Shown piece after piece: positions 37,925 through 50,913 of a DNA stretch of 64,000 nt. The notes under the pieces are model-generated. The model worked only from the letters and a program-made list of their open reading frames with translations. It was not told the origin of the DNA and did no database searches. The first letter of the stretch is position 1. Every line of letters begins with the position of its first letter. A program made the translations under genes and the position numbers. This stretch comes from Octopus bimaculoides (Eukaryota): NCBI RefSeq assembly GCF_001194135.2, contig NC_069004.1, forward strand, positions 8,455,942 through 8,519,941, written 5' to 3'.

Positions 37925-38090
37925 AGAAACGTTGATCAACTTACTGTTTTCCGGAAGAAATCATTTCATTGTTAGATTAAGGTTTACAAATGGTTTAACA
38001 ACTTAATGCGACATCAACATTTATAGAGCTTAATATATTCCTGTTTTGTCAGACAGTGAAACTGACTGTAGCCGCAGTTTCGATACGTAA
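37925..38090 (-). promoter_or_regulatory. Exon 1 module of ZNF-E, partly eroded (donor 37944; acceptor 36119)
   Basis: AACGTTGATCAACTTAC donor and AGCCGCAGTTTCGATA core are retained, with internal deletions. Confidence 0.65.
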
Positions 38091-38769
38091 TATTTAGAAG
38101 GATATATTTAAGATAAAATATTTATGTTATTGACACATTTTGTTAGATTTAGAATATCAAAAGGATATTATTCGGTAGAAGAAATTCATTAAAAATTTTA
38201 ATCATTTATTCAGATATAAAAACAAAGTCACTACGATCAAGAAAGACTAAACAATTAAAAGTAAAATTAAATTAATTACAGTTATAAATCCACACATAGG
38301 ACCACCTTTCGTTGTACACATTAAAGAATCCTCCTCATTACACATATTATATATGGGATACTAAAATTACACGAACAAAACAATCACCGTAGTCCCATAA
38401 TATCTCAAATATATGCACCTGCACATTCAATCGCGAAACAAAAAAGCAAGTATTATCAGAATATACGCACCTGATAAACGTAATATTCGTATAAGATCAC
38501 CTGACGATTTTTTTCAGATTTTTGTAGAAAGTAATACAAACTATATCTCCGCATAGGTTATCTGCTAATGTCCCGCTGGCAGAAACTAGAAATCGTATTA
38601 GCGAAAGTATATAAACTCCCCCAAAATAAAGCCAGCCGCGATATCGTTTACTTTTTACTTGTTTCAGTCATTAGACTACGGCAGAATTTTAGTCGAATGA
38701 ATCGACACCATTATTTACTTTTTAAGCCTGGTACTTACTCTATTAGTCACTTCAGTCGAATCGCTATGT

Positions 38770-39125
38770 TGTTGTTGGCACTCCGTCGCTTACGACGTCG
38801 AGGGTTCCAGTTGATCCGATCAACAGAACAGCCTGCTCGTGAAATTAACGTGCAAATGGCTGAGCACTCCACAGACACGTGTACCCTTAACGTAGTTCTC
38901 GGGGATATTCAGCGTGACAAGGCTGGCCCCTTTTAATTACAGGCACAACAGAAACAGGAAGTAAGAGATGGTTGTGGTGGAAGAGTACAGCAGGGTTCGC
39001 CACCATCCCCTGCCGGAGCCTCGTGGAGCTTTAGGTGTTTTCGCTCAATAAACACTCACAAAGCAAGGTCTGGGAATCGAAACCGCGAGTCCGCTGCCCT
39101 AACCACTGGGCCATTGCGCCTCCAC
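38770..39125 (-). mobile_element. SINE-alpha with 13-bp TSD, inserted in a SINE-beta remnant
   Basis: TSD CGAATCGCTATGT at 38757-38769 and 39126-39138. The left flank (38660-38760) resembles the SINE-beta body. Confidence 0.9.
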
Positions 39126-39139
39126 CGAATCGCTATGTA

Positions 39140-39580
39140 ATGTAGATGTGTTTCTAAGTAGGTGAATTATTTGATAGAGGACCGTCCACTGATATCAATG
39201 TAGTTTCTCTCCTTTCTAAATACATTTGTGAGCAACCAATGCTTTTCAGCAAATGATGGACTTACCAGAGATATGGCTTCTCTCCTGAAAGAGTACATTT
39301 GTAAGATGTTAAAGTACTGTGATTTACAACAGATGTTGTAGTGATATGGTTTCTGTCCTGTATGAATGCGTTTATGCCTAGTGACATCACAATTTTAGAA
39401 GAATGGTTTACCACAGATCTAACAGCAAAGTGGTTTCTTTCTTGCATGAATATGTTTGACACTCAGTATACCCTTAGTAAAAGATTTACCACAGATATCA
39501 GTGATATGGTTTCTCTCCTACATGTATATGTTTCTGTACCTCCATAACTGAATAATTTACCAGATGTCACAGTGTATCCT
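39140..39580 (-). pseudogene. Remnant 3' part of a tenth ZNF unit
   Basis: Frameshifted fingers ([37 protein letters not shown]) end in the gene-terminal signature GTGTTTCTAAGTAGGTGA seen at the ends of B and F. Confidence 0.75.
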
Positions 39581-40159
39581 GGACGTACACAGACTAGAAC
39601 ATCAATTGGTTGTTCACAACCTGAATACCTTTCATTACAAATCCACTCAATCAGAGCAGACCTGGGCTACACAGCTACCACTACTGTTTTGTGCTTTCTT
39701 GCTCTTATGGCAGTAATAAAAATCCCTGTAAATGATTATTTATATTTTTTAGGCCAAGGGCTCTATAATGAAACAATTGGTAGAAAAGTGAACTCTCTTG
39801 AGATGTTAAGAGATGAAATTTAACTCCGGTCAACTTTAAATTTGATCAACTGAAGATCAATAAAGCAAATACCAACCAAGAACTAATATTACACAAACCC
39901 TCAAAAAAAAAAAAAAAAATTTCAATGCATTTGCTAATGTTATGGATATTTATTTATTTACAGAAACTAATTGCAGCAAAAAATTAAGTTAGTACCTAAA
40001 CTTTTACTGCAACATTCCTACATCAATATTCTCACACAAAAGAACAAATACTTCCTTAACACTTTGACCTCAAACATTTTTGACTACTACAAACATATTA
40101 TATATTATTTCTTCCTTTACAAATCCCAGTTTATTGATGATGATCTTGACACACTAAAA

Positions 40160-40990
40160 TTACACATCAAGATCAGGCTTGCATCTTTTGTTTCCACTTT
40201 TCCCATATCCCTTACATTCTATTTTCACACCACCATATAACATTGCAGTTCAGTGTATTTTATACTTGATGAAAGTATACTCTTGTTACTTACCTGATTT
40301 TCCCTCACTATATTCTTATTCTGGTTACAATGCTTTCAGACCTCTTTCTTCCATTGCAGACTACAGGATAGTTACAGAAACTATCAACTACTTGTATAAA
40401 ACCTTCTGAACATTACAACCAATTCATTTTACTAGTGCTTTGACTGCTAACTACTACTGTGCATATCACACAGTCTTTATTCACTTGTCAGCATATCCTT
40501 GATTGCACTACATTTATGCACAAACAGATTACACTGAATGGAATTCCTACCTCATAACCTAATAACACTACTATTTCCCTGATGGTATCAGAATGTTGTC
40601 TTCATTTCTATTTACTGAAACATTTCCATGAGAATTTGAAGCACAATTGATCTGAGATTTTGTTTCCACGTATGGAATTTCTTCTCTAAATTTTCCACAA
40701 TCTCTGCTATAAGGAATAAGTCTGCAGCATAGGTGAGGTTTTAAATTCCTGATATAATTTCAAGAACTATAAAGAAGACAAGGTTGAGAACCAAGCCTTG
40801 ATGGGTACCTAACTGAACCGTTAATTCCTCACACAACTCCTCACCAGCTCTTATTTTTCTACCTATGTCTCTCGCTATTTTATCCCCTATTTTCAACTCA
40901 GACATCACTATGAGCAAAGGCATGTCTACTGACCAAAATAATTTCTTCAGTCATATATCTAATGTTTTTTGTTCAATACTAGAGCAGATT
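40160..40990 (-). mobile_element. RTE-like LINE reverse-transcriptase fragment
   Basis: KIRAGEELCEELTVQLGTHQGLVLNLVFFIVLEII resembles the RT motif V.VG.HQGSVLSP.LF. 40160-40560 is homologous to 48240-48610. Confidence 0.65.
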
Positions 40991-41196
40991 AGACAGATGT
41001 TTTCCCTGTTAATCCTATATCTTCAAAGGCACAGAGCAACCAGTCAAAATGTTAAAATCATCAGTTTCAGGTTGTTGTTGTTGCCAACAGAAAAGAAGAG
41101 GAGGAGGAGAAGAAAACATCATTGAAGTGGTTTTGTTGTTAGTTTTATTGTTAGGGAATCGTGAAGTGTTCTGGGTGGCTTTGGATAGGAGATGTG

Positions 41197-41584
41197 GGTT
41201 GGTTGGTTGGAACTCCGTCACTTGTGACAACAAGGGTTCCAGTTGATCCGATCAACGGAACAGCCTGCTCGTGAAATTAACGTGCAAGTGGCTGAGTACT
41301 CCACAGACATGTGTACCCTTAACTTAGTTCTCGGGGATATTCAGCGTGACAGTGTGACAAGGCTGACCCTTTGAAATACAGGCACAACAGAAACAGGAAG
41401 AAAGAGTGAGAGAAAGTTGTGGTGAAAGAGTACAGCAGGGTTCGCCACCATCCCCTGCCGGAGCCTCGTGAGGCTGTAGGTGTTTTCGCTCAATAAACAC
41501 TCACAACGCCCGGTCTGGGAATCAAAACCATGATCCTATGACCGTGAATCCGCTGCTCTAACCACTGGGCCATTGCGCCTCCAC
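41197..41584 (-). mobile_element. SINE-alpha in the 3' flank of ZNF-F
   Basis: Full head and body; the tail is (CCAA)n. No TSD recognised. Confidence 0.9.
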
Positions 41585-42224
41585 TATCCTAAACTACAAA
41601 ATTCTCAAAACAGAGTTTTTCTTAAATTGTATTATACTGGATTAAAATGCATCATAACCTTTATTCATTTTGATTAAAATTTTTCTCAATTTCAGGTGGA
41701 ATTTGAACTTGAAAGTTTCTGGAATAGTAGTCATATTTTTTTTCTCAATCAGAGCTGACTGGGGAGCTGTGTTAGCTCCATATTTTCAGCAATGTGCAAA
41801 ACTCAGAATGAATCAATTTGCAAAGTATGAAATAAACCAAAATAAGTCATGTAAAATTTTTATCAAATGCAATAAAATACGAACAACAATCTGATCCATC
41901 TAAAATACAATTCATTTTCATAATCCCAAATCAATCAGTAATGAATCCAATGTAATGTAGTTAATGAATCAATAGTTATTACAACTACAGAACAAAAATA
42001 AAAAGGATCCAAGTACAAGATGAGTCAGGAATAAGATTTCACTTGTACATTCCCTTTTGGGGGGCATGGTTTCTTTAGCTGGCTGTCCTAACTATCACCA
42101 TGAATTTCACAGTGCACTGGATGTATTTTGCTGTGGAGCCAGCAGTAGACAAGTTGCTATGTCCAAGACAAGATTAGAATTCTGTCTCCATTCATTTGCC
42201 TCCCATTTTACAGAGAGAATGTTT

Positions 42225-44144
42225 TTAAGTAGGTGAGTCATTTGTTACAGAGACTGATTTATCAGAGCCACCATTGGGATAAGGCTTTCCTTTGAAATGA
42301 ATAAATTTGTGTTTAGTAAGGTCACCATTCCTAGAAAATGATTTTTCACAGATATCACACTGATATGGTTTCTCGCCTGTATGAATGTATTTATGAGTAG
42401 TTAAGGCATTACTAGCAGAGAATGACTTACCACAGATATTACAGTCATATGGTTTTTCTCTGGTATGGATGCGTTTGTGCTTAGTTACATCGCTATTTTG
42501 AAAGAAAGATTTACCACAAAACTCACATTGATATGGTTTCTCTCCTGTATGAATACGTCTATGAATTTTTAAATGACTTGTTTGAGAGAATGATTTACCA
42601 CAGATATCACAATGGTATGGTCTTTCGCCTGTATGAATACGGTTGTGAATAGTTAAATAACATGTTTGAGAGAATGATTTACCACAGATATCACAGTGAT
42701 ATAGCTTCTCTGCGATGTCAGAGTGATATGGTTTCTCACCTGTATGGATACGTACATGCCTAGTTAGGTCATAACTGCGAGTGAATGATTTACCACAAAC
42801 ATCACAGCGAAATGGTTTCTCTCCTGTATGAGTGTGTTTATGATTAGTTAATTGGGTATTTTGACAGAATGATTTGCTACAGATATCACACTGATATGGC
42901 TTTTCCCCTGAATGAATACGTTTATGAGCAGTTAATGCATTTCCACGGGTGAATGATTTACTACAGATATCACAGTGAAATGGCTTTTCTCCAGTATGAA
43001 TACGTTTATGAACAGTTAATGCACTTCCACTTGTATACGATTTTCCACAGATTTCACAATGATATAGCTTCTCACCAGTATGAGTGTATCTATGTCTTTT
43101 TAACTGACCTTTTTCAGAGAAAGATTTAGCACAGATATTACAGTGATACGGCTTTTCACCTGTATGAAAACGCATATGCCTAGTTAGGTCATAACGTCGA
43201 AAGAATGACTTACTACAGACACTACAGTGATAAGGTTTCTCTCCTGTATGAATACGTTTGTGAGCAGTTAAAGTACTTCCGTAATCAAATGACTTACCAC
43301 AGATATCACAGTGATATGGTTTCTCTTTTGTATGAATGCGTCTGTTGTGTAGTGTTAAATGACTTGTGAGAGGGAAAGATTTACCACAGATATCACAGTG
43401 ATATGGTTTTTCCCCAGAATGAATACGTTTGTGAATAGTTAATAAACTTGGATAAGTAAATGATTTACCACAAATATCACAATGATATGGCATCACTTTT
43501 GCGTGATTGCCTTTCTCTCCCATATGAATGCGTCTCTTGTGTATCGTTAACTGACTTGATTGAGAGAATGATTTACCACAAGTATCACAGTGATATGGTT
43601 TTTCCCCCGTGTGAATACGTCTGTGAACGATTAATGCACTTCCATCAGTGAATGACTTACCACAGATATCACACTGATATGGCTTCTCTCCAGTATGAAT
43701 ACGGTTATGAGAATTTAAGTGATATCTTTGAAAGAATGATTTTCCACAGATATCACAGTGATACGACTTCTTTCCTGTGTGAATGTATTTGTGTTTGGTT
43801 AATTTGTATGTTTCAGAGAATGATTCACCACAAACATTACACTGATATGGTTTTTCACCTGTATGAGTACGTATATGGCTAGTTAAGCTACTAGTGCGAG
43901 AGAATGCTTTACCGCAGATATTGCAATGATACGGTTTCTCACCTGTGTGAGTACGTATGTGATTTGTTAAGTTACTTCTTAAAGCAAATGATTTACCACA
44001 GATATCACAGTTGAATGGTTTTTCTCCTGTGTGAATACATTTGTGTGTAACAAGTTTACTTTTCAGAGAGAATGACTTTTTACAGATATCACACTGGTAT
44101 GATGATTCCCCAATTCCTTTTGGTGATTCTTCAGGCAAATTCAT
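42225..44144 (-). CDS. ZNF-F: poly-C2H2 protein, 21 fingers; start MNLPEESPK
   Basis: Intact ORF with the homologous ATG at 44144 and two in-frame finger-deletion scars. Confidence 0.95.
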   Translation of the reverse strand: MNLPEESPKGIGESSYQCDICKKSFSLKSKLVTHKCIHTGEKPFNCDICGKSFALRSNLTNHIRTHTGEKPYHCNICGKAFSRTSSLTSHIRTHTGEKPYQCNVCGESFSETYKLTKHKYIHTGKKSYHCDICGKSFFQRYHLNSHNRIHTGEKPYQCDICGKSFTDGSALIVHRRIHTGEKPYHCDTCGKSFSQSSQLTIHKRRIHMGEKGNHAKVMPYHCDICGKSFTYPSLLTIHKRIHSGEKPYHCDICGKSFPLTSHLTLHNRRIHTKEKPYHCDICGKSFDYGSTLTAHKRIHTGEKPYHCSVCSKSFFRRYDLTRHMRFHTGEKPYHCNICAKSFSEKGQLKRHRYTHTGEKLYHCEICGKSYTSGSALTVHKRIHTGEKPFHCDICSKSFTRGNALTAHKRIHSGEKPYQCDICSKSFCQNTQLTNHKHTHTGEKPFRCDVCGKSFTRSYDLTRHVRIHTGEKPYHSDIAEKLYHCDICGKSFSQTCYLTIHNRIHTGERPYHCDICGKSFSQTSHLKIHRRIHTGEKPYQCEFCGKSFFQNSDVTKHKRIHTREKPYDCNICGKSFSASNALTTHKYIHTGEKPYQCDICEKSFSRNGDLTKHKFIHFKGKPYPNGGSDKSVSVTNDSPT

Positions 44145-44664
44145 TCTTCTGCAATATTTTTTTCTCATAAAAATATTTGGATTTTTCCTTTTTTTTTTTT
44201 TTTTACCTTTTATTATTTACTCCTATGTTGATCAAAACTTTTCTAATGCAATATTTACATGAACTTTCATCTCTGTTGATTTCAGAAATGGATATCAAGG
44301 TTCTTTGTAAATCAGTCCAAATTCAACTGGAACACAAAATCATCTTGTACACACTCCAGACAACAAAGGAAAGAAACAGCACGCTCACAAGAAATACTTA
44401 TCGGTTTTTCTGTGAAACATTTTTCTTTTGTCTTTAAAAGATTATATAGATATTGATGTTATGTCTTTAATGACAATGTCATCTGATATTCTGAAATGAT
44501 AGAGAAATAGCATAAGATATAAATGTTAATTAAAAAATAGAGATTTTACAATAATTTTATTTAGCATGATAAACTATAAACTTTTACCTCAAGAATTGAA
44601 CTTTACATTTGAATTTGTACTTAAAATTACATGATACAAAATTGTGTGTAGTTTACAAAGGTTA

Positions 44665-45295
44665 GGTGTTTCAGGAGGGGTGGGGAACTTCGGAAAATTC
44701 ACCGGTGTCCACTTCAATTCGCCTTAACTTTCAAGAAAAGGGATATTTTTTAAAGAGATCCTTTACAAATATACCTCGGACTATGAAGATTCCGAGGACA
44801 TAGGAATTTTGTGGGAAAATAAATTGGGGGTTACTTCTGAGAATCGTTCCTCACTCGGGGGTGTTTCGGAACAAGTCGTTCATATTTGTTTCATTTTCTC
44901 CGTTTTGTGCGTTTGTGCATCCATAGATTTTTACGCACACACACACATATGTAATTAAAAAAGTTCAAATGGGGAATTATTTCATTCAATATCATGTTTA
45001 TTATAGAGATTATGCAACAAATTATATATTACACATCTATACTTAACTGTGCGTATATATTCCTTATTTTTGCTTCTGCCTTTCTATTAGAACCGTTTNN
45101 NNNNNNNNAACGGTTCTCAGAAATAACCCTCAATTGTTTTCCCCACAAATTCCTATGTCCTCGGAATCTAGAAAGCCCGAGTTATATTTGTAGAGAATTT
45201 CATTTAAAATATCCATTTTCTTGAAAGTTAAGACGAACTGAAGTGGACGCCGGTGAATTTTCCGAAATTCCCCACCCCATCCCTCCTAAAAGACT
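44665..45295. mobile_element. Foldback/MITE-like element with about 185-bp inverted arms in ZNF-F intron 1
   Basis: 44665-44850 is the reverse complement of 45110-45295 (for example TTCCGAGGACATAGGAATTTTGTGGGAAAA versus TTTTCCCCACAAATTCCTATGTCCTCGGAA). Confidence 0.85.
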
Positions 45296-46614
45296 TTCCT
45301 CCAAAACTTTTGTATATTCGAAATCTACATGACAACACATATTCGAAGAAAATTTCATTAAAAAATATCCATTTTCCCGAAAGTTATGATCATCCAAAGT
45401 TGTGGTGGTGGGGAGCAGAAATCTGTAGTTATGCCCAAAATCCTTCCTTTGGCATCAGAAACAGAAACGAACACAAAATTAAAATATCTAGGTCAAATGA
45501 AAGAGGATCAGTTTAATAATGGTACATGATAAGAAATTAACGAAACTCGACTAGATGAAAAAGATTCAACATAAAATATGCTCTATAGCTTCTTCACGAT
45601 CTTCTAGAATGGCCCTCCCCCGATATATTTAAGGGGAAGAGATTGAAATTAGTCATTACTCATTTTACCCCGTTTTAGACATTTGAAAATAATCAAATTA
45701 GACATTAGTGTGAGAAAAATTGACTTAGAATCCAACAGAGAAAAGAATATTAATTATTAAACACCAAAAATTATCCATATATTTTTATTAGCAAACTCAA
45801 TTACAAAATCGGATTGAGGAAAAATTTCTTGAAAAAAAAAAAAAGTACCTGTTACCTAACTGTTTCGGACACTGAACTTTGCTGACCAACTTTTTTTACT
45901 CCTAAAGGTGATGCAACAGTACAAAATGACGATGCAATATTTACAATGTATTGATTTCAAATAGACAGGGAGAAAATAACGAGCAATCAGAAGTAACTCA
46001 TTTTACTCCAGTTAATAATTTTGCCCCCCTCACCACCACCCTACAAAGGAAATATTGCACGTATGCAAATGAAAGTAGCAAATGTGTCAAAGATTACCTA
46101 CCGTTCAATTTCATTTCTATTCTTGTAAGTTAATTTCTAGAGGATCTTTTCAAAAGCAGAGATCAATATTTCAGTTTGGTAGGATTGATTATCTTCTACA
46201 TGAAAATCAGGACATGAAAATAATTTTACCGAAGTCACTGCTTAGCGCTTCTGTGCTCTTAAAGGAAATTTTTTTTTTTCTTACCATTGTCGTACGTTTT
46301 CAAATTTATATAATTACTGTATCTGAAAGGGTGCAGGTAGAATGGGAGGGGTGCTTAAAACTGGGATGGGGAGAAGGAATTAAAATTTTGAAAACGTGCT
46401 TTTTTTTTGCAAAATCGTAATCTTCTATATCGAAAACCTAGGAATCCGAAAAATGTTTCGACAAAACAAAACTGGAAGTGGGAGCAGTGCTTACTCTTTA
46501 CTTCTGTCGCTGAAAGTAACATCTTTTCTCATTTATGTTTGCATTTCAGTATGATTATTTATTACCTTATCCTCCAAGTAAAACACAATTATTTACATAC
46601 ATTATTACAGCCTT

Positions 46615-46960
46615 AAAATAAACGTTTATGAACTTACCGTTTTCAGACGTAAACAGTGAATCAGTGCATTGAACGTTTCCACTAAACTATCAAAGTAAAT
46701 ATCTGATAGTTAGAACGCGATTTACCAATGTTTCATTAGCTTAATTCTATGGTGACATTCAAGGAATTCCTAATTAGTACAACCATAAAATACTAAAATA
46801 TCACAATGAACAAGCGAAGCTGACTTTATGTCACCAACCGCATTTTCGATCTCTTATAAACTAATGTCCCCTTGGAGATGGCGTGAGCTGACAAGGAGAC
46901 AGTGGGTGATACTGGTGAAGATGTGATTAGCCTTCGAAATAAATTATTGAAACCATTTAT
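46615..46960 (-). promoter_or_regulatory. Promoter/exon 1 module of ZNF-F (donor 46637; acceptor 44491)
   Basis: Conserved core and donor. Confidence 0.75.
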
Positions 46961-47889
46961 AATGCTTACATTTCAAAAGTATTTTTAAGAAAATTTTTTT
47001 TTTTTATCGCCAGCACTTGAATGTGATGTTTGTGTGAAGAAACACTGATAACAAACGACTGGACAATTTTAGTTTCGGTTTCGTGAAAATTACTTTTTCT
47101 CCGTTGAAGGAAGATGCCCACCAACAAAAGTTTGACAACGACCGCTTTAAACAATTATAACCATTCCTTGTTTTTGATAAACATATTCCCCATGTATGTA
47201 TTATATTGTGTGTATACACACACACACACACACATTCTGTCTGGTTATAATTTTCATTTATGTATTATTATAGGTATGTAACAAGATTTTAAAATTGTAT
47301 ATTTTGTCTGTGTGCTGAAGCAAATAATTAACTCATTGCAACACGTGTGTATATATAAAGACATAAAAATATGAAAAGTGTTTTCTGCCTATTTCTTTAC
47401 ACAATGTGGTTTGGACTCTGCATTTTAGCTTAGCTTTTGAAGTGACGATTGTGTTCATATTATAGTAAGATGTAAGAGTTTAACACAGAACTGTCTATTG
47501 AACCCAAACCTTGTGCTGCCATGCTGTACATGATAACACATCACCATCATTTAATATCTGTTTTCCATGCCGGCTTCAGTTGGATGGTGTGACTAAACTG
47601 GATCATGTTCCAGTCTGATTTGACTTGGTTTCTACAGCTGGATGCCCTTCCTAATGCCAAAGTAATACATCTGTCATTATAGATAAACTAGAATGTTATT
47701 GATTATATGACTGGTAACTTTGGAAGTATATTTGTGACACCATGGGGCTAGATGTGGCAGTTTACTCTTATTTAAGTATTTCTCCAATATTTATTTCCCA
47801 AGAAAGCACAAATTTATGCAATTCAACAATTTAAACTCAAGCGTTTTTATTACTGCAAACGTATCTTATATCTTATTCCTTCATTTCTA

Positions 47890-48610
47890 AATACTGGTTC
47901 ACTGATGATGATGATCATTATCATCATCATCACCACCACCTCACACGCCTATTTCCTTGGGTTGTACAAGTCCTTTTCAACAGTGTCTTATCATTTATTG
48001 TATTTTACAAAAGAAACACATCCTGGGATCAGCTTTCATCATACCTGCCTTGGTCTTCCTTTCCCACAAGGATTTCCTGACACTTGTACATCCCATCTGT
48101 CATCATCTACACACACGCAATGTCTGTAACAATACATTCCTTCTTGCATGCTCCATTTCATTCCTCACTTCACTTATACCTTGCTGTTCATGCACTCAAA
48201 AATTTCTCATCTAGCACACTAAGCTTGCTTCATTTCTTTCCAGCATTCATAAATCCCTTACATTCAATGCCCAAACTACTATTTAGCACTGTAGCTCATA
48301 CAATGTCTCCTCTTGCCTGATGAGAGTATTCTCTTGTTATTTACTTGTTTCTTCCCCTCCACCCCACCATATTCTTATTCTGGTGACTATACTTACAAAA
48401 TTCCTTCATCCGCTGCAGATGAGGTCACCTCAGTTACATACACTATCAACTACCTGTATACAGCCTTTTGAATATTCCAAACAATTTATGTTACTGGTGC
48501 TCTGACTGCTAACTACTTCTGTGCATTTACCACAAACTCACTTATCAGCCTATTTTTGATTCCATTACACCTTCTTAGCACCAACAGACAACACTGAATA
48601 TACTCTATGG
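47890..48610 (-). mobile_element. RTE-like LINE 3' fragment
   Basis: The minus strand gives VSGNPCGKGRPRQV (RGRP motif at the end of RTE ORF2), followed by a (TGA/TGG)n tail. Shares about 370 bp with 40160-40560. Confidence 0.6.
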
Positions 48611-49116
48611 AATTCTGGTCAACTATATTCTCATAAAAGGAATTTGCCTTGAAACATATTATGTTGGATGAAATGCATTGTAAATTATAAATATTTTTGA
48701 TTTCATTTGTTCTCTGAGTTGAAATTTAAGTTAAAAAACAAGTGGAAATGGTTTTGGTCATACTTTTTATGATCAAATATATTAGATTGCAAAAATAAGT
48801 TATGTAAATAAAGAAATGGAACCCCACCAAAAAATTTGATCCTTCTAAAATACAACCAAATTTCATAACACCTGAATCTGATAAAATATATTTAATGAAT
48901 CAAGCAGGGAAAAAAGTACGTTATAATTAGGCTTTATTCCATAAAATGTCTTAGATGAATCAAGAACAGTATTTCATTTCTATGCTCCATTTTTTTTAGA
49001 TTGATTATTAATAATTGACTGCTCTTCCTGTCACCAACTCTTTTTGAAAGCATACATAATGCAGTACACCATCTGACTTCTGTTCATTTCCAGGCTAGTT
49101 TGTAGAACCTGTGTTT

Positions 49117-50913
49117 CTAAGATGAATGATTAGTCACAGCAAATGATTCACCACACATATAATTTTGATATGGATTTTCTCCAGAATGAGTACGTTTGTG
49201 CTTAGTCAAATCACTATTTTGAGAAAATGATTTACCACAGATATTGCAATGATATGGTTTCTGCCCTGTATGAATGTATTTATGAGTGGTTAAGGAACTA
49301 CTTCCAGAAAAAGATTTACCACAGATATTACAGTGGTATGGTTTTTCGCCTGTATGAATGCGTTTGTGCTTAGTCACATCACTATTTTGGAAGAATGATT
49401 TACCACAGATATCGCACTGATAAGGTTTCTCTCCTGTATGAATACGTCTGTGAATAGTTAAATGAGCAGTTTGAGAGAATGACTTACCACAGACATCACA
49501 ATGATATGGTTTTTCTCCAGTATGGGTGCGTTTGTGAGTAGTTAAACGAGTTAACTGCGAGAATGATTTACCACAGATATCACAATGATGTAACTTCTCT
49601 CCTGTATGTATATGACTATGTTCAGTGAACTTACTTCTTGCAGAGAACAATTTACCGCAGATTTCACAGTGATATGGTTTTTCACCTGTGTGTATACGTA
49701 TGTGTTCAGTTAAAGCATTACCATGAAAAAATGATTTACCACAGATATCACACCGATATGGTCTCTCACCAGTATGAATATTTCTATGTTTATTTAAAGT
49801 GTTTTGATCAGAGTATGATTTACCACAGATATCACAGGAAAATGGTCTTTCTGCTGTATGAAAACGTCTGTTGTGCATCTTTAATCCACTTGTCTGTGAA
49901 AATGATTTGCCACAAATATCACAGTGATATGGTTTTTCTCCTGTATGAATACGCTTGTGCTGAGTTAAAGCACTTCCTTCAGTAAAAGATTTACCACAGA
50001 TATCACAGTGATATGGCTTCTCTCCTGTATGAATACGTTTGTGACCAGTTAAATGAACTCTCTGAAAGAACGACTTTCCACAAATATCACAGTGAAATAA
50101 CTTCTCACCAGTATGAATACGTTTATGTTTAGTTAAATTACCAGCTTCAGAGAATGATTTACCACAGATATCACAGTGATATGGTTTCACTCCTGTATGA
50201 ATATATTTGTGTTTGGTCAACTTATTTCCTTCAGAGAATGATTCACCACAAATATTACATTGATATGGTTTCTCACCTGTATGAATACGTTTGTGGCTAG
50301 TTAAGCGATCACCTCGAGAGAATGATTTACCACAAATATCACAGTGATATGGTCTTTCCCCTGTATGAGTACGTATGTGAGTGGTTAAGTGACTTTTTAT
50401 AGAGAACGATTTACCACATACATCACAGTGATATGGTTTCTCTCCTGTATGAATGTATGTGTGTATTTTTAATTTACTTCCTTCGGAGAAAGATTCATTA
50501 CAGATATTACAATGATATGGTTTCTCACCTGTATGAATACGTCTATGACTAGTTAAGCGATCCTTTTGAGAGAATGATTTACTACAGAGATCACAATGAT
50601 ATGGTTTTTCCCCTGTGTGAATACGTATGTGATTGGTTAAGTGACCTCTTACAGAGAATGATTTACCGCAGATATCACAGTGAAATGGCTTTTCTCCGGT
50701 ATGGATGCGAATGTGAGTTGTTAAGGCACTTTCTTTAGGGAATACTTTGTCACAGATATTACAATGATAGGCTTTCTCTCCTGCATGAACACATTTATGT
50801 GTAGTTAAGACACCCTTTTTGGAGAATGACTTTTTACAGATGCTGCACTGATATGATTTTTTTTGTAACTCTCCAGGAAAAAAACAATCATTTAAATTCA
50901 TCACATAATTCAT
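49117..50913 (-). CDS. ZNF-G: 598-aa poly-C2H2 protein, 20 fingers
   Basis: Intact ORF with an ATG context homologous to the other paralogs. Confidence 0.95.
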   Translation of the reverse strand: MNYVMNLNDCFFPGELQKKSYQCSICKKSFSKKGVLTTHKCVHAGEKAYHCNICDKVFPKESALTTHIRIHTGEKPFHCDICGKSFSVRGHLTNHIRIHTGEKPYHCDLCSKSFSQKDRLTSHRRIHTGEKPYHCNICNESFSEGSKLKIHTYIHTGEKPYHCDVCGKSFSIKSHLTTHIRTHTGERPYHCDICGKSFSRGDRLTSHKRIHTGEKPYQCNICGESFSEGNKLTKHKYIHTGVKPYHCDICGKSFSEAGNLTKHKRIHTGEKLFHCDICGKSFFQRVHLTGHKRIHTGEKPYHCDICGKSFTEGSALTQHKRIHTGEKPYHCDICGKSFSQTSGLKMHNRRFHTAERPFSCDICGKSYSDQNTLNKHRNIHTGERPYRCDICGKSFFHGNALTEHIRIHTGEKPYHCEICGKLFSARSKFTEHSHIHTGEKLHHCDICGKSFSQLTRLTTHKRTHTGEKPYHCDVCGKSFSQTAHLTIHRRIHTGEKPYQCDICGKSFFQNSDVTKHKRIHTGEKPYHCNICGKSFSGSSSLTTHKYIHTGQKPYHCNICGKSFSQNSDLTKHKRTHSGENPYQNYMCGESFAVTNHSS

